From a virus: DNA of 64,000 nt. Where the stretch lies: the IMG/VR virus record IMGVR_UViG_3300047562_003246, positions 96,001 through 160,000 of that record; one strand, written 5' to 3'. A program made the translations under genes and the position numbers. The notes under the pieces are model-generated. The model did no database searches and was not told the origin of the DNA. It was given only the letters and a program-made list of their open reading frames with translations. The number at the start of each line of letters is the position of its first letter. Positions within the stretch are counted from its first letter, which is position 1. Positions 1 to 10,091 of this stretch are shown in pieces.

Positions 1-2
1 AA

Positions 3-515
3 TCTGCCAAGTTTGCAGGTGAAAAAGGTGTAGCCGGTGCTATGGCATTGCTTGAAGCTGCAGACATGGATGGCACCGGTGTTGATATGACGCAAATCGG
101 CGCTGCTCTACTTAGCGGTGCTGCCGACGAAGAACAAGCTGCGCTTGTTCGAGGTTATCGAGATCAATTACAAGAGCGACTGCACGGATTAGAAGGCGTT
201 CGATCTGGCATGACTACAGACGAGCTAGCTAGCGACACAGGACAGCAGCTTGAAGATGATATTGCTGTTACAAGAGCCGTCATTGAAAAAGTTGACGCAG
301 CCCTTAATTATGACGATAAGAAAACAGAGCAAGATGGCGGTGAAGGCGGCGAAGAAGGTGGCGATGTGTACGGTCCTGGAGGCGGAAAAGGATCAGGTAC
401 AATGACATTTAGTAATGTTACTATCGTGATTAACGATAATACGGCGGTTCAAAATGGTAGAGGTACGGGTTCTTACGGAGGTAAGACAGCTGTACCTACC
501 GGACAAAATGCATAA
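3..515 (+). CDS. 3' end of a gene truncated by the window edge; possibly tail tape-measure protein
   Basis: Frame is open from base 3; Ala/Gly-rich with a low-complexity C-terminus; lies directly upstream of baseplate genes. Product is inferred from position only. Confidence 0.4.
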   Translation, partial: SAKFAGEKGVAGAMALLEAADMDGTGVDMTQIGAALLSGAADEEQAALVRGYRDQLQERLHGLEGVRSGMTTDELASDTGQQLEDDIAVTRAVIEKVDAALNYDDKKTEQDGGEGGEEGGDVYGPGGGKGSGTMTFSNVTIVINDNTAVQNGRGTGSYGGKTAVPTGQNA

Positions 516-1372
516 TGCCAAGAAGTTTATTTCTAAACAGTAATGGTAAGAGCGTTGTAGCGCTTCCTGATCCGCATTTTGGTCCTAATGCGATCGGACT
601 CATTACGTTCACAGAACTGACCGACACATCTGCGGCGATAGTAATCACCAGCATGTCAGATAAAGTCAATCCTAGGTATCAAGTCACAGATACTCTGGGT
701 GAGCGTACGATTTTGAACACCTTTGGTCGCTCGATGGACACTCGACTATTAGAAGGTGTGTGCTACGAGGCGTTTTGCGCTCCCGAACGTAATCAAGATG
801 AGAGTGGTTTCGAGAAACTCATGCAATTCTTTGATAGTAATCACGCTGGGGCAAGAAATACTCCGGTGATTATTACTATCGGTAAAGCGTTTACTAGGAA
901 TTGTTATTTATTAGAAATGGAAGTAACGCTGGCTGACTCAACTGCAAGAGTATGGCAGTTTTCGGCAAAGCTAATTGTAGAACCAGAGCGTGACCAGAAT
1001 GATTTGAGAAGACAGGCTGTCCAACCTAGGAATGTTCCAGTTAATCCGGTTCCGCAGCCTGTACAACCGCAACAAGAACAGCCACTGCAATTTTTTCAAA
1101 CGCCGCAAGAAGCTAACAATATTATTTATTTGTCCCGAGCGTTTAATTCAAAAGATTTCACTACTTGGAATAGACAGCCAACTGTTTCGCCAGCAACTCA
1201 AAGCTCTTCTAATTTCTCAGGTGATACATTCTCGGCTGCATCAGGCTTGACAGTAAGAACAACTACAACATCGAACGTGACCCAAAGCGGTGATCCTGTA
1301 TCGTTGAGTAATAACGTAATCAGCAGAACCAATCGAGCAACTTCTGGGCTGAATCCATTTGTGGTGGCTTAA
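515..1372 (+). CDS. putative virion structural protein (tail/baseplate region)
   Basis: 285 aa ORF coupled by a TAATG overlap; context only. Confidence 0.45.
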   Translation: MPRSLFLNSNGKSVVALPDPHFGPNAIGLITFTELTDTSAAIVITSMSDKVNPRYQVTDTLGERTILNTFGRSMDTRLLEGVCYEAFCAPERNQDESGFEKLMQFFDSNHAGARNTPVIITIGKAFTRNCYLLEMEVTLADSTARVWQFSAKLIVEPERDQNDLRRQAVQPRNVPVNPVPQPVQPQQEQPLQFFQTPQEANNIIYLSRAFNSKDFTTWNRQPTVSPATQSSSNFSGDTFSAASGLTVRTTTTSNVTQSGDPVSLSNNVISRTNRATSGLNPFVVA

Positions 1373-1373
1373 C

Positions 1374-2117
1374 ATGCTAATGAACTTGTTGCACTGTGCA
1401 ATTGCTGATCCTGAGCTAGACGACAACGACTTGGATTATATTTGTCCGCAGTACAGCAGGACAAATATGACGCAAGACGAAATGAAGTTGCGGGCTATTC
1501 TCATTGGAGAGCGTAAACCAAGCAAAGAAGCAAAACTCTATACCAGTGTCACACTGAGACACGCCATAGGGGAAGGGCCATTTGCACACATTGGTAATCG
1601 TTTCGGGTTAGAAGAAGGCTACAGCCTTGAACAACTAAGGCAAAGTATTTTCAGTGCTTATAAGCCAAGGCTAGACGACCAAATATTCCTTTCTTCTGTG
1701 GCTACTTATCATAGGTTTCCGACTTATAAACAACACGCAATTAGTTGCCAAGTCTTGGGAAGCCAGGTGACAGTTCATCACGAGACGTACGGAAGCAATA
1801 CTGGCTTAGTTGATTCGCCTATCGCTATTGCTGGGTTTCCGCAGGCAGCGACAGTAACTGTTCAAGCAACAGACGGTGTGTATACCGGTTATTGGGCCAC
1901 TCAGCCTAGCATATCGATTGGCTCGATCGCTGAGACGCTTGCTGTTGAAGGTTTGTTGTTTCTCAATTCATTAGCAAATAGTCAGGGCCGCATTTTTTCT
2001 GATGAAACGCATATGCTCATTGAGTGCGTAAAAACCAGTCCAGTACCAATGGATAGGGTATGTGCCGCTTGCTTAATACTAGCTAATGCTGTGTTCGTGA
2101 GGCATGGATTTAATTAA
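1374..2117 (+). CDS. hypothetical protein (tail/baseplate region)
   Basis: ORF 1359..2117; the ATG at 1374 avoids overlap with the upstream gene; coupled to the next gene by TAATG. Confidence 0.5.
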   Translation: MLMNLLHCAIADPELDDNDLDYICPQYSRTNMTQDEMKLRAILIGERKPSKEAKLYTSVTLRHAIGEGPFAHIGNRFGLEEGYSLEQLRQSIFSAYKPRLDDQIFLSSVATYHRFPTYKQHAISCQVLGSQVTVHHETYGSNTGLVDSPIAIAGFPQAATVTVQATDGVYTGYWATQPSISIGSIAETLAVEGLLFLNSLANSQGRIFSDETHMLIECVKTSPVPMDRVCAACLILANAVFVRHGFN

Positions 2118-3802
2118 TGTCCGTATACAAGCAAAACATTCGAGCCTTCATGACTTATGGAGGCGATAATGCAGATGAGCGACGTGTAGAGATATCTTCT
2201 CTCAGTGTATCTTTTGGGGTTCAAGAATTACCTGTAGCGATTGTTCAAGTTGGTGTCGGCGCTGATACTTTTGACGGCAGGCTACAACCAGATATCGACG
2301 TGGATGTAGATCCGGACATTCCTGCGAAACTTTATGTGCGTTTGGAAGGTACTCGAAATGAGACAAACGAAGATTGGCCTGAAGAAGATTTACTGCTTTT
2401 TAGCGGTCACATAACTAATGCAGCGTCGACGAGACTATCCAACCAGTCATCTGGGAATATTACTATTCACCATGTGTTAGCTAAGCTAGCTTCTTCTAGT
2501 TTAATCGCTTCTTACGCTTTCCCTGGATCATCTGCTGAGCTGGTCTTACCTGCCTATCGTCGCTGGAAAAACCGTAGCGGTGCAAAGAACGGTTCTAATC
2601 CACCTGTCGGTGCTTTGCTTGGAATTCTTTCTGAAGATATTTTTTCTTTGAAAGACTTTAAGTTACGTAAACAAGATTTATGGGCAGATATTGCTAAGCC
2701 TTTTTTAATTCGAACAGCACTACAAAATCCGTTTTCAACTACGACGCAGTTTCCTTCTTGTTTTCCCGAAGCGGGTGGCAACAACGAAGAAGCTTTGAGT
2801 GCCCTAGCAACTATCGAAGGTGAGACAGAAGACGAGTACACTCTTGCACCTGATGCTTACGGCACACCCTTGTTACTTCCAGAAGATGTGCCGCAGTCTA
2901 TCGTTGCGGCAATCAAAAGCGATCTAACAAGTCCCAAAGTAAAAGATTTACTACAACACACAGCGTGGTCGTACATCGTGCAGAATTTGTGTGGCGCGTA
3001 TATGGCTGCAGTTATTCCAGGTATCGACAGATCAAGAGTCGTGCCTATCACGCCAACGCTTAATACGCCGTATAAAGAATTAACTGTCAATTCTATCCAG
3101 GTGTCTGATAGAAACCGACCAGTCTCTCACTCGCTGCTAGCTGTAACAATGTCAGCCGGTACATTGTCGACTTCAGGTGCCGCACCAGGAAGTATCGGTA
3201 ATCCGTTTGCTTTTGGTCCCTGTTATTCTCCAGAAGCAGCTTCTCCTAAGGGTAAAGTAAGAACCGTCAGCCCTCCTGTTTGGCTGAGGAAAATGCGATT
3301 TACTGCTTTTCGGGCTAAAGAATCAACAAAGTATTCTGGAGGCGTAGGCATGGGCTCTTACGCTGCAAATCCAGATGTCAAAACGACGGAAGATTTTGAA
3401 GACAATACCGATAGTGATCGAGACGCAGCAGGAGATCGCGAAGATATTCGTAATCATATTAATGACTATGGGCAACGTTACGTAAAAGCTGTATACGGAG
3501 CTGACGTTACAGGTACTCGTACGGTCAAACTTGTATCGCATCTACGAATGGACATAGGTCCAGGCTCTCAGTTAAAAGTGACAACCGATAACGAGATGCC
3601 CATATTCGGCAACGTTGTCTACGGTATGGTCGCTAGAGTTACAATTATCATTGACGTTAATAAGCCGTTTGCGGGTACGTCGATGTTGTTGTCTCATATA
3701 CGTAGTGAACAAGAAAATGCCTTGGAATATATCGGAACCTCGACTCATCCGCTCTTCCAAACCGCTTACAAAGGCGGACCCCTATCAACAATCTTTGAGT
3801 GA
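2117..3802 (+). CDS. putative baseplate hub-like protein
   Basis: 561 aa; beta-rich N-terminus (ISSLSVSFGV..VAIVQV) and C-terminal DIGPGSQLKV..VARVTI segment resemble hub proteins; lies upstream of gp25 and J. Confidence 0.4.
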   Translation: MSVYKQNIRAFMTYGGDNADERRVEISSLSVSFGVQELPVAIVQVGVGADTFDGRLQPDIDVDVDPDIPAKLYVRLEGTRNETNEDWPEEDLLLFSGHITNAASTRLSNQSSGNITIHHVLAKLASSSLIASYAFPGSSAELVLPAYRRWKNRSGAKNGSNPPVGALLGILSEDIFSLKDFKLRKQDLWADIAKPFLIRTALQNPFSTTTQFPSCFPEAGGNNEEALSALATIEGETEDEYTLAPDAYGTPLLLPEDVPQSIVAAIKSDLTSPKVKDLLQHTAWSYIVQNLCGAYMAAVIPGIDRSRVVPITPTLNTPYKELTVNSIQVSDRNRPVSHSLLAVTMSAGTLSTSGAAPGSIGNPFAFGPCYSPEAASPKGKVRTVSPPVWLRKMRFTAFRAKESTKYSGGVGMGSYAANPDVKTTEDFEDNTDSDRDAAGDREDIRNHINDYGQRYVKAVYGADVTGTRTVKLVSHLRMDIGPGSQLKVTTDNEMPIFGNVVYGMVARVTIIIDVNKPFAGTSMLLSHIRSEQENALEYIGTSTHPLFQTAYKGGPLSTIFE

Positions 3803-4511
3803 TCCGGTCGCCAACATCACTAACTGGCAGCAAGATCCTACTCCAGGTAACGCAAAGATCATGCTTGATTCTTTGCAGCCTTTTATCGTAGCGTCTACCA
3901 AAAGTTACCTACGTACAGACTCGCCGCTAGCGGTTGGTAAAGCAAAATCAGTCGTACTTCAGGCGATGAAAACGTATGATCCTACGAGATCACAGCCGCA
4001 AACATTTATCTCGCAACACGTTCAGGGGCTGCAAAGATGGCAAGCGGCTAAGAATAACGGACTTCGAGTTCCTAGTCGTGTTTCTTCTCAATCTTTGCTT
4101 TTGGACAAAGCAGAAGAAGATTTACTTGACGAGCTTGGGCGTGCTCCATCGACGGCAGAGTTAGCTAAACGAACTAACTTAACTGCTAGCGCCATCGAAA
4201 GAATACGCAGTTTTTCTAGACCAACAGTAGGCTCCCAAGAATCTCAAGGATCCGACGACGAAGACCTGTCTGTTGCAGAAGATCAGATTCTTAGACCGCA
4301 GGACGACAAAGCGTGGTTAGAGCTGGTTTACGACGACTTGCCTGATAACGATAAAGTCGTCATGGAACATACGATCGGAATGTTTGGTAAATCCAAACTT
4401 AGTACATCCGAGCTAGCGAAAAAACTAGGTGTGTCATCCGGAGCGATCAGCCAAAGACGTGCCAGAGTTCAAGCTTATATTGATCGAGCACTTGAGGTTA
4501 ATCCACTATGA
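3795..4511 (+). CDS. RNA polymerase sigma-70 family factor (phage-encoded, FliA/SigB-like size)
   Basis: Region 2 (AMKTYDPTRS..TFISQHV..LRVPSR), region 3 (ELGRAPSTAELA) and region 4 HTH (STSELAKKLGVSSGAISQRRARV). ORF is open from 3615; TTG at 3795 is the likely start. Confidence 0.85.
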   Translation: MSDPVANITNWQQDPTPGNAKIMLDSLQPFIVASTKSYLRTDSPLAVGKAKSVVLQAMKTYDPTRSQPQTFISQHVQGLQRWQAAKNNGLRVPSRVSSQSLLLDKAEEDLLDELGRAPSTAELAKRTNLTASAIERIRSFSRPTVGSQESQGSDDEDLSVAEDQILRPQDDKAWLELVYDDLPDNDKVVMEHTIGMFGKSKLSTSELAKKLGVSSGAISQRRARVQAYIDRALEVNPL

Positions 4512-4957
4512 CGACTGATCAACAAACTTTCGTGAAGTCAAAAGCTGTAATCGCTGAAGACTTTCTTAAGACAGTTAATTTTCTTGCAAGTAAAGCTGGC
4601 GCTCGCGTTGATGTGACTCTCGGCAGACAACCGCGTGAAATAACACAACTACAGGCTGATCACACAGACGTAACTAAAGTGCGAGAAGCTTTTAGCTTCA
4701 AAGAAATTGACGAACAATTAGAGAACATCGAAGGTGACGACGCAGAGGTAGGTACAGTTGGTGACATTGCTGTATTGGCTATTCAAAGCGATCTACAGGC
4801 CAAATGCATCAGAGCGTCTATGAGTCGTCACAGCTCCAGAGCCCAAAGAAAATTGGCCGCTGCTTACCGACTTAAAGGTCATGCGGCTAACGACGGCATG
4901 TGGAGGCAAATTTACGTAGACAAGTTGCAATCGATCCTGGGCGCGATGCAGAGTTAG
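4508..4957 (+). CDS. hypothetical protein
   Basis: 149 aa ORF, overlaps the sigma stop by 4 nt (ATGA-type coupling). Confidence 0.6.
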   Translation: MTTDQQTFVKSKAVIAEDFLKTVNFLASKAGARVDVTLGRQPREITQLQADHTDVTKVREAFSFKEIDEQLENIEGDDAEVGTVGDIAVLAIQSDLQAKCIRASMSRHSSRAQRKLAAAYRLKGHAANDGMWRQIYVDKLQSILGAMQS

Positions 4958-4958
4958 C

Positions 4959-5360
4959 ATGAGAAACATTTCCGTATTCTATACCGATCAGAGTAATAAC
5001 CCGTTGCGGTACTCTTTAGCTAAAGCTGTAGAGTCGACGGGTATACTACGTCTTAGTGAAAGAGTAATTTTTCGCCTGTTTACAGGTGCCGGAGCTGCTT
5101 ACGGTCAGCCAAGCTTCGGTAATAGTTTTATCGAGAACATACGCAAAGGACTTTACAGGACGACAACTTCGCTGCAACAAGGATTTTCTGTCGCGAGACT
5201 ACAGTTACTTAAACAAGCTGCGATCGATGAAGCTGACGATGAAACGACCATGGTGGATATTGAACTGCTAGCCGCAGCAATAGTAGCAGATACTGTTGAT
5301 CTCCGACTGAGAATTACCAGCAAATCCGGAGGTACGGCTGTTTTTGATGTAGAGGTTTAA
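4959..5360 (+). CDS. baseplate wedge protein, gp25/GPW-like
   Basis: 133 aa; LFTGAGAAYGQPSFGNSF and VDLRLRITSKSG pattern; immediately precedes baseplate J. Confidence 0.65.
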   Translation: MRNISVFYTDQSNNPLRYSLAKAVESTGILRLSERVIFRLFTGAGAAYGQPSFGNSFIENIRKGLYRTTTSLQQGFSVARLQLLKQAAIDEADDETTMVDIELLAAAIVADTVDLRLRITSKSGGTAVFDVEV

Positions 5361-5369
5361 AAGGTATTT

Positions 5370-6941
5370 ATGGCGACTAAGCAAGAAATCATCCTGGCTA
5401 CGTTGGCAAATATTGTTAACGAGTATGACCCAACGGTAGATACAGGACCAGGACCTGTCAGGAGTATGCTTCTTAGTCCTGCGACCAGACTAATCGAATA
5501 CATCGAAGACGCGGTATCTGCTGTCATAGAGCGATATGATCTATCGCAGTTAAGTCAGATAACAGACGAAGCTACGCTAATTGATATTGCCAATCGTTAT
5601 GGTGTTGTAAGAAATGTCGCTGGTATAGCATCCGGTGTAGTCACTGTTGTGCTCGATGCAAGTTTTCCAGTTGTTATACCTGCCGGTACGCTAATTACAA
5701 GTCAGGGCGGAGACTATGTTACTCCTACCTCTTATGTGTTTCGAACCAGCTTTAGTTCGGTCATTAATTCCAACGATCGATTGCTTATTCAAAACGCTGA
5801 TGGCACGTACTCGGCCAATATTACAGTCAACGCCGTACAACCGGGCTCTGTGGCTAATTTGACCAGAGGACAAACGCTGACTCTTGCCGATGCAATACCT
5901 CATGTTATCGATCTGTACGCCGCTCAGGATTTTACAGGGGGCGAAGATCTTGATACCGGTAGTTCTTTATTGGAAAAAATTTCTAACTCCCTAGTCAAAC
6001 CCGGTACTGAATCTGCCTTTTCAATCAAATCACTGATTCAACATAGTACTGCTTTTCCGGCTACGGTAGCTGTCAGTGTTGTTGGCGCTGTAGATCAAGA
6101 ACTCAGAAGAGATAAACTTAACGCACTCGGTGTTGGCGGTGGTATGGCCGATGTTTATGTGCGTACACGCAAAGGCCCATCGACAATACAAATTACAAAA
6201 ACAGCTACGCTAGTTAGTGAAATCAATGGAATCAAAACTTGGAAGGTCAAAATTTCCAAAGACGATTTCCCAGGCTGGTGGGACATCGTTGAAATCATAT
6301 CAGCTAATAATCAACAAGCAGATCTAATTAGTGAAACAAGGTATGTCGAGCTTTCACCTGAGCAGGGACAGCTAACTCCATACATTCCTGATCCATCGTT
6401 TGGCATCTATTCTGCGTTTCAAGTAGCAGATGTTGTTGTCGAAACATCGGACGCTGTGGTCTCAGACAGTTTTGTCCTCAGCCTTCGAGGTATGCCAGAC
6501 ATTGCCAATATTCAAAGATTACTTGGTAGTCGGGACTTCAGGGCGGTTGGCGGTGACTTGCTTGTTAAAGCTCCGATTCCGTGCTTTGTTTCTATTAACA
6601 TCGAAATTGAGCAAACATCCACATCTGCTGTGATACCTGCAGACGTTGATTTTATTACAAAAGTTGTAGACACCGTTAACTCAACTGGTTTTATCGGCAA
6701 GCTGTACGCCAGTAATATAGCCGAGGCTATCGCTGGCTTTGGTTATACAGTAACGAAAGTGACTATGTTGGGCACGACTTATTTGTCGGATGGGTCACAG
6801 CGTAAAAGTGTCAGTGAATTTTTTATAGAAGCGCCTGTAGTTTACCCTGCTCAAACAAGCTGGCGAACTGTGATATTTGTCACGTCACCTGACCAAGTCA
6901 GCATCACAAAACGAACTCCTACCGCTGCTAACTTACTGTGA
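5370..6941 (+). CDS. baseplate J-like wedge protein
   Basis: DTGPGPVRSML..LIDIANRYGVVR..ASGVVTV..VIPAGTLI..FTGGEDLDT, the typical baseplate-J signature; indicates a contractile tail. Confidence 0.8.
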   Translation: MATKQEIILATLANIVNEYDPTVDTGPGPVRSMLLSPATRLIEYIEDAVSAVIERYDLSQLSQITDEATLIDIANRYGVVRNVAGIASGVVTVVLDASFPVVIPAGTLITSQGGDYVTPTSYVFRTSFSSVINSNDRLLIQNADGTYSANITVNAVQPGSVANLTRGQTLTLADAIPHVIDLYAAQDFTGGEDLDTGSSLLEKISNSLVKPGTESAFSIKSLIQHSTAFPATVAVSVVGAVDQELRRDKLNALGVGGGMADVYVRTRKGPSTIQITKTATLVSEINGIKTWKVKISKDDFPGWWDIVEIISANNQQADLISETRYVELSPEQGQLTPYIPDPSFGIYSAFQVADVVVETSDAVVSDSFVLSLRGMPDIANIQRLLGSRDFRAVGGDLLVKAPIPCFVSINIEIEQTSTSAVIPADVDFITKVVDTVNSTGFIGKLYASNIAEAIAGFGYTVTKVTMLGTTYLSDGSQRKSVSEFFIEAPVVYPAQTSWRTVIFVTSPDQVSITKRTPTAANLL

Positions 6942-8227
6942 TTTCAAATATCGAACAACTTGATCTTTCAACAGGACTAGAATCTAGAAGAGCTACAGGA
7001 CTTCCTAAAGCTTTTCTGGATCGAGGTACGTACGGTATTCATGTAGGCATGTCGCAGTTACTTTATTCACTTCAACTAAGAAATAAAGAACTAGCAGACT
7101 GTCTGGCTGCTCGTATCACAAGTGATGACAAGTATTATCAGTGGTACCCTATCGATTTGTACTCCGATCAGATGCTGGCTGCGGACAATTGTGCTATTTG
7201 TCCAGACGGGTGTGATGATGCTTTTGGATACTTCCACCCAGCTCCTGTTGATTTGACTGGTTTCACTGTACTGCAATCATCAGTTGTATCTCCTGAATTT
7301 TCTTGGTCAAATGAAGTTCAAATAGTTACACACAAGTCACAAAGATTTTTTCAGTTTGCACTTAATCCTTTTTCGTTTGAAAACGTACCTTTCTCTGTCG
7401 TACGCAAATCCGGTAAAGAAATTAAAGTGCTTAGGCTTTGGGCATATCTAGCTAGGTTCGACGCGGACTATACATCAAAGTATTTGTCGCCACTAACAGG
7501 ACTACCGTCATCCGTACCTGCGGATGTACATATCAAATTGCTTGAATGTAAAAAGATTCCTAGCATATTAAACTTCAAAAAATTACTAGGAGCCATGACA
7601 GGTAGCCCAGTCAGCGAAGGTTACGGACAAGTAGAAGTAGTACTGCAGGCCGGAGAGTTTAGAACATTTACTGTGCTGAATGCCGGTAAAGCGTATCATG
7701 CCGGTAAATTTGTCATTCCAACTGTAAGCGCAGGATCCTACGTCATTCCTGGAGATAATTTATTCGATGGATTCGAGCTTGCAGAGCTATCGCATGAGAC
7801 ACCGTCATTCGAGTCTGATGTGATTATTCCAGGCGAGTACCTGCAAATTCCAGGCGTCGATAAGCTTGTGCTTTCAAATGACAACGTCGAGATAACTTAT
7901 CAAGATAGTAATCCACGTTTTGATCTGGGGCCGGATTCTGATGCTTACTGGGACTTTGTTTACACTAGGAATCCAGCGTTTACAGCCAAAGTTAAAGAGA
8001 TTATCAGCAACAAATACTCTGTCGTACCGTTTGAATTATTTCGAGAACATTACTTGCGATATGGTGCTGTTTATCTTCGCCTTCGCGGAGAGACCCTCGA
8101 ACACACAGCTCAAGCTGTACCTATCTTAAAATACCTACTGCCACCAAATAGACTGCTTTTGCTGACTATCACTGGCGAAGTACCTACGTACTTGAGAGAT
8201 AAGTTACCGTCTTGTTGCTTCCAATAA
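6938..8227 (+). CDS. putative baseplate/tail protein
   Basis: 429 aa, GTGA-coupled directly after baseplate J; context only. Confidence 0.45.
   Translation: MISNIEQLDLSTGLESRRATGLPKAFLDRGTYGIHVGMSQLLYSLQLRNKELADCLAARITSDDKYYQWYPIDLYSDQMLAADNCAICPDGCDDAFGYFHPAPVDLTGFTVLQSSVVSPEFSWSNEVQIVTHKSQRFFQFALNPFSFENVPFSVVRKSGKEIKVLRLWAYLARFDADYTSKYLSPLTGLPSSVPADVHIKLLECKKIPSILNFKKLLGAMTGSPVSEGYGQVEVVLQAGEFRTFTVLNAGKAYHAGKFVIPTVSAGSYVIPGDNLFDGFELAELSHETPSFESDVIIPGEYLQIPGVDKLVLSNDNVEITYQDSNPRFDLGPDSDAYWDFVYTRNPAFTAKVKEIISNKYSVVPFELFREHYLRYGAVYLRLRGETLEHTAQAVPILKYLLPPNRLLLLTITGEVPTYLRDKLPSCCFQ
7728..7741 (+). repeat. dispersed motif GCGCAGGATCCTAC, exact copy
   Basis: In CDS 6938..8227, read as S-A-G-S-Y. 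Confidence 0.9.
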
Positions 8228-8240
8228 TTCGATCGATAAA

Positions 8241-10079
8241 ATGACACAACTCAACGAATGCTTTGATCCTGAGTTTTCTCCTGTTACCTGTGCGGGAGTA
8301 GACCAGTTACAGCAACTAAACGAAGAGCTAGCAAGACTCTCAGGTAACGACTTGTTTTTAAAGGCTTTGTTTGAAATTACATTACAAGGCAAAGCTCTAT
8401 TTGTCTGTGACGCTGCCGTCACCGGTGTCAAAGTAGGTCAGCCTGTTTATTTCGATAGCGAGTCAGCATCGTTTAAACCGTCAAGAATTGTTATTTCTAA
8501 CGTCAACGGTGAGATTGTTTTAGGTCAATCATCCCAAGTTGACGGAATTATTTATAAACACGAAGAAGGAGCTGCGACAGCCACGGTACTACTTTACGGT
8601 TTAGCTGAACTAAACCTGCAAGAGTCCACCGGTTTTGCTTCTCCTCTCGGATTGTTTTATCTAACAAGAACAGCCGGAACGCTAGCAGCGACCGAAGACA
8701 TCGTAGTATCTGTGCCTGTTTTGCGTGCCTATGGAAATGGACAAGTTCTTTTTAGGCCGCAATGGTCAACAGCTAATTCGCTTTATCGTATTCGTTCGTT
8801 TGTGCTTAGTGCTTTACCTGCTGGCACTGCTATTACCGCTGCTGGCATTTCTCAAATTAGCGGGCAAGGAGATCCTGCAAAACGAGGATGGTTACCTGTA
8901 ACGTCGCCAGTGTTTTCAGGTAAAGTCATACCTGCCAACGCCAAATTTGGTTACAACCTGTCAGCACATTTTGATGTTGAAGAAATTTGGCCCCCGTCTC
9001 CGCTGTCCTTGACAAGATTAGAGTGGGAACCCGAAGGCGATGGTCGTCGGGGTGCTGGTGTCGTATCCAGTTCAATGTGCCAGCTTACCGATTCTGGTAT
9101 TTGGTGGATGCAAAACTGTGCCGACCAAGTTCCATGGAGCACGACAGGATCTGGATCATCTTGTGGTGTCAGGATTCCTGCCAGTATGCGACTTGTGTTT
9201 CCTGCTTTAATTGTTAACGACGCTGGCAGGGTGACTAGTTTAACAAGTAATAGTCCAGGGCTAAAGATATATCGAAATGGGACAACTGATGCAGCTACTT
9301 CTGGTGATCTAACAATTCAACAAAGTGCTGACTGGGCGCTAAGCGATGTTGTTAATGACTTGTCAGGTATTGCTGTTAAAGGAATTGATAATAGTGGATT
9401 ACTTACCAGAGGTCCTGTGGTTACTGGCATTCGGTCTGTGTCTAATGACTTGGTACTTGCAGGTGGAACAGAATTAACATCCGGCTATCGTAGTGGTCTA
9501 CTTGATATCAGTCTTGCTGGTCCACAAAAGTCCGAGTTATTGCCGCAAAGAGTAGCCTTAGACGGCGCTGCTACGGACGAAAGCTATGGAACGCACGTAG
9601 CAATAGGCTTACCACCGGCAAATAATTCTTCAATTCGAACACAGTATTTTGTTCCGTCTGAGAACACTAACAGTGATTTTTACATATTGCAGTTTGAATG
9701 CTGGTTAATGGCTGCGCAAGCAGGTATATTGCCCACACTTTCGCTAGTAGCAAGAGCCTACAATCGACCTGCCGCAGGAGAACCTCAAGCAAGTCCTCAA
9801 ATTGATGCAACTGTCGAGCTTGTAGTACCCAGCACAAGACTACTTATCAATCAGTACATCGAAGTAGTTTCTGCAGCTTTTGCAGTCAAAGCTGGTAGCA
9901 TGGTGATGATGCAGCTGGCCCGAAACGGTTTGAGTGGCGATAGATCTAGTATCGAAACTAGGCTTATCAAGCAAGTTCTTAGAATCGTTAGGCCCGCTAC
10001 AGAAGAAGACGAGGTCGATCCGGAGCAAAATCCGGATACTGGTATCTTCGATACAACGTTCTCTCCATTATTTGATTAG
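8241..10079 (+). CDS. putative virion structural (tail fibre/baseplate-associated) protein
   Basis: 612 aa, Gly/Ser-rich beta-type sequence with VTSLTS/VTGIRS segments; tail module context. Confidence 0.45.
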   Translation: MTQLNECFDPEFSPVTCAGVDQLQQLNEELARLSGNDLFLKALFEITLQGKALFVCDAAVTGVKVGQPVYFDSESASFKPSRIVISNVNGEIVLGQSSQVDGIIYKHEEGAATATVLLYGLAELNLQESTGFASPLGLFYLTRTAGTLAATEDIVVSVPVLRAYGNGQVLFRPQWSTANSLYRIRSFVLSALPAGTAITAAGISQISGQGDPAKRGWLPVTSPVFSGKVIPANAKFGYNLSAHFDVEEIWPPSPLSLTRLEWEPEGDGRRGAGVVSSSMCQLTDSGIWWMQNCADQVPWSTTGSGSSCGVRIPASMRLVFPALIVNDAGRVTSLTSNSPGLKIYRNGTTDAATSGDLTIQQSADWALSDVVNDLSGIAVKGIDNSGLLTRGPVVTGIRSVSNDLVLAGGTELTSGYRSGLLDISLAGPQKSELLPQRVALDGAATDESYGTHVAIGLPPANNSSIRTQYFVPSENTNSDFYILQFECWLMAAQAGILPTLSLVARAYNRPAAGEPQASPQIDATVELVVPSTRLLINQYIEVVSAAFAVKAGSMVMMQLARNGLSGDRSSIETRLIKQVLRIVRPATEEDEVDPEQNPDTGIFDTTFSPLFD

Positions 10080-10091
10080 CCGGGGTAGATC

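Noticed and set aside
3974-3985. GTATGATCCTAC as a motif variant in the sigma gene
   Set aside because: It encodes the conserved sigma region-2 YDPT/FDP peptide, so protein constraint explains it; the 3831 near-match is also too degenerate to count.
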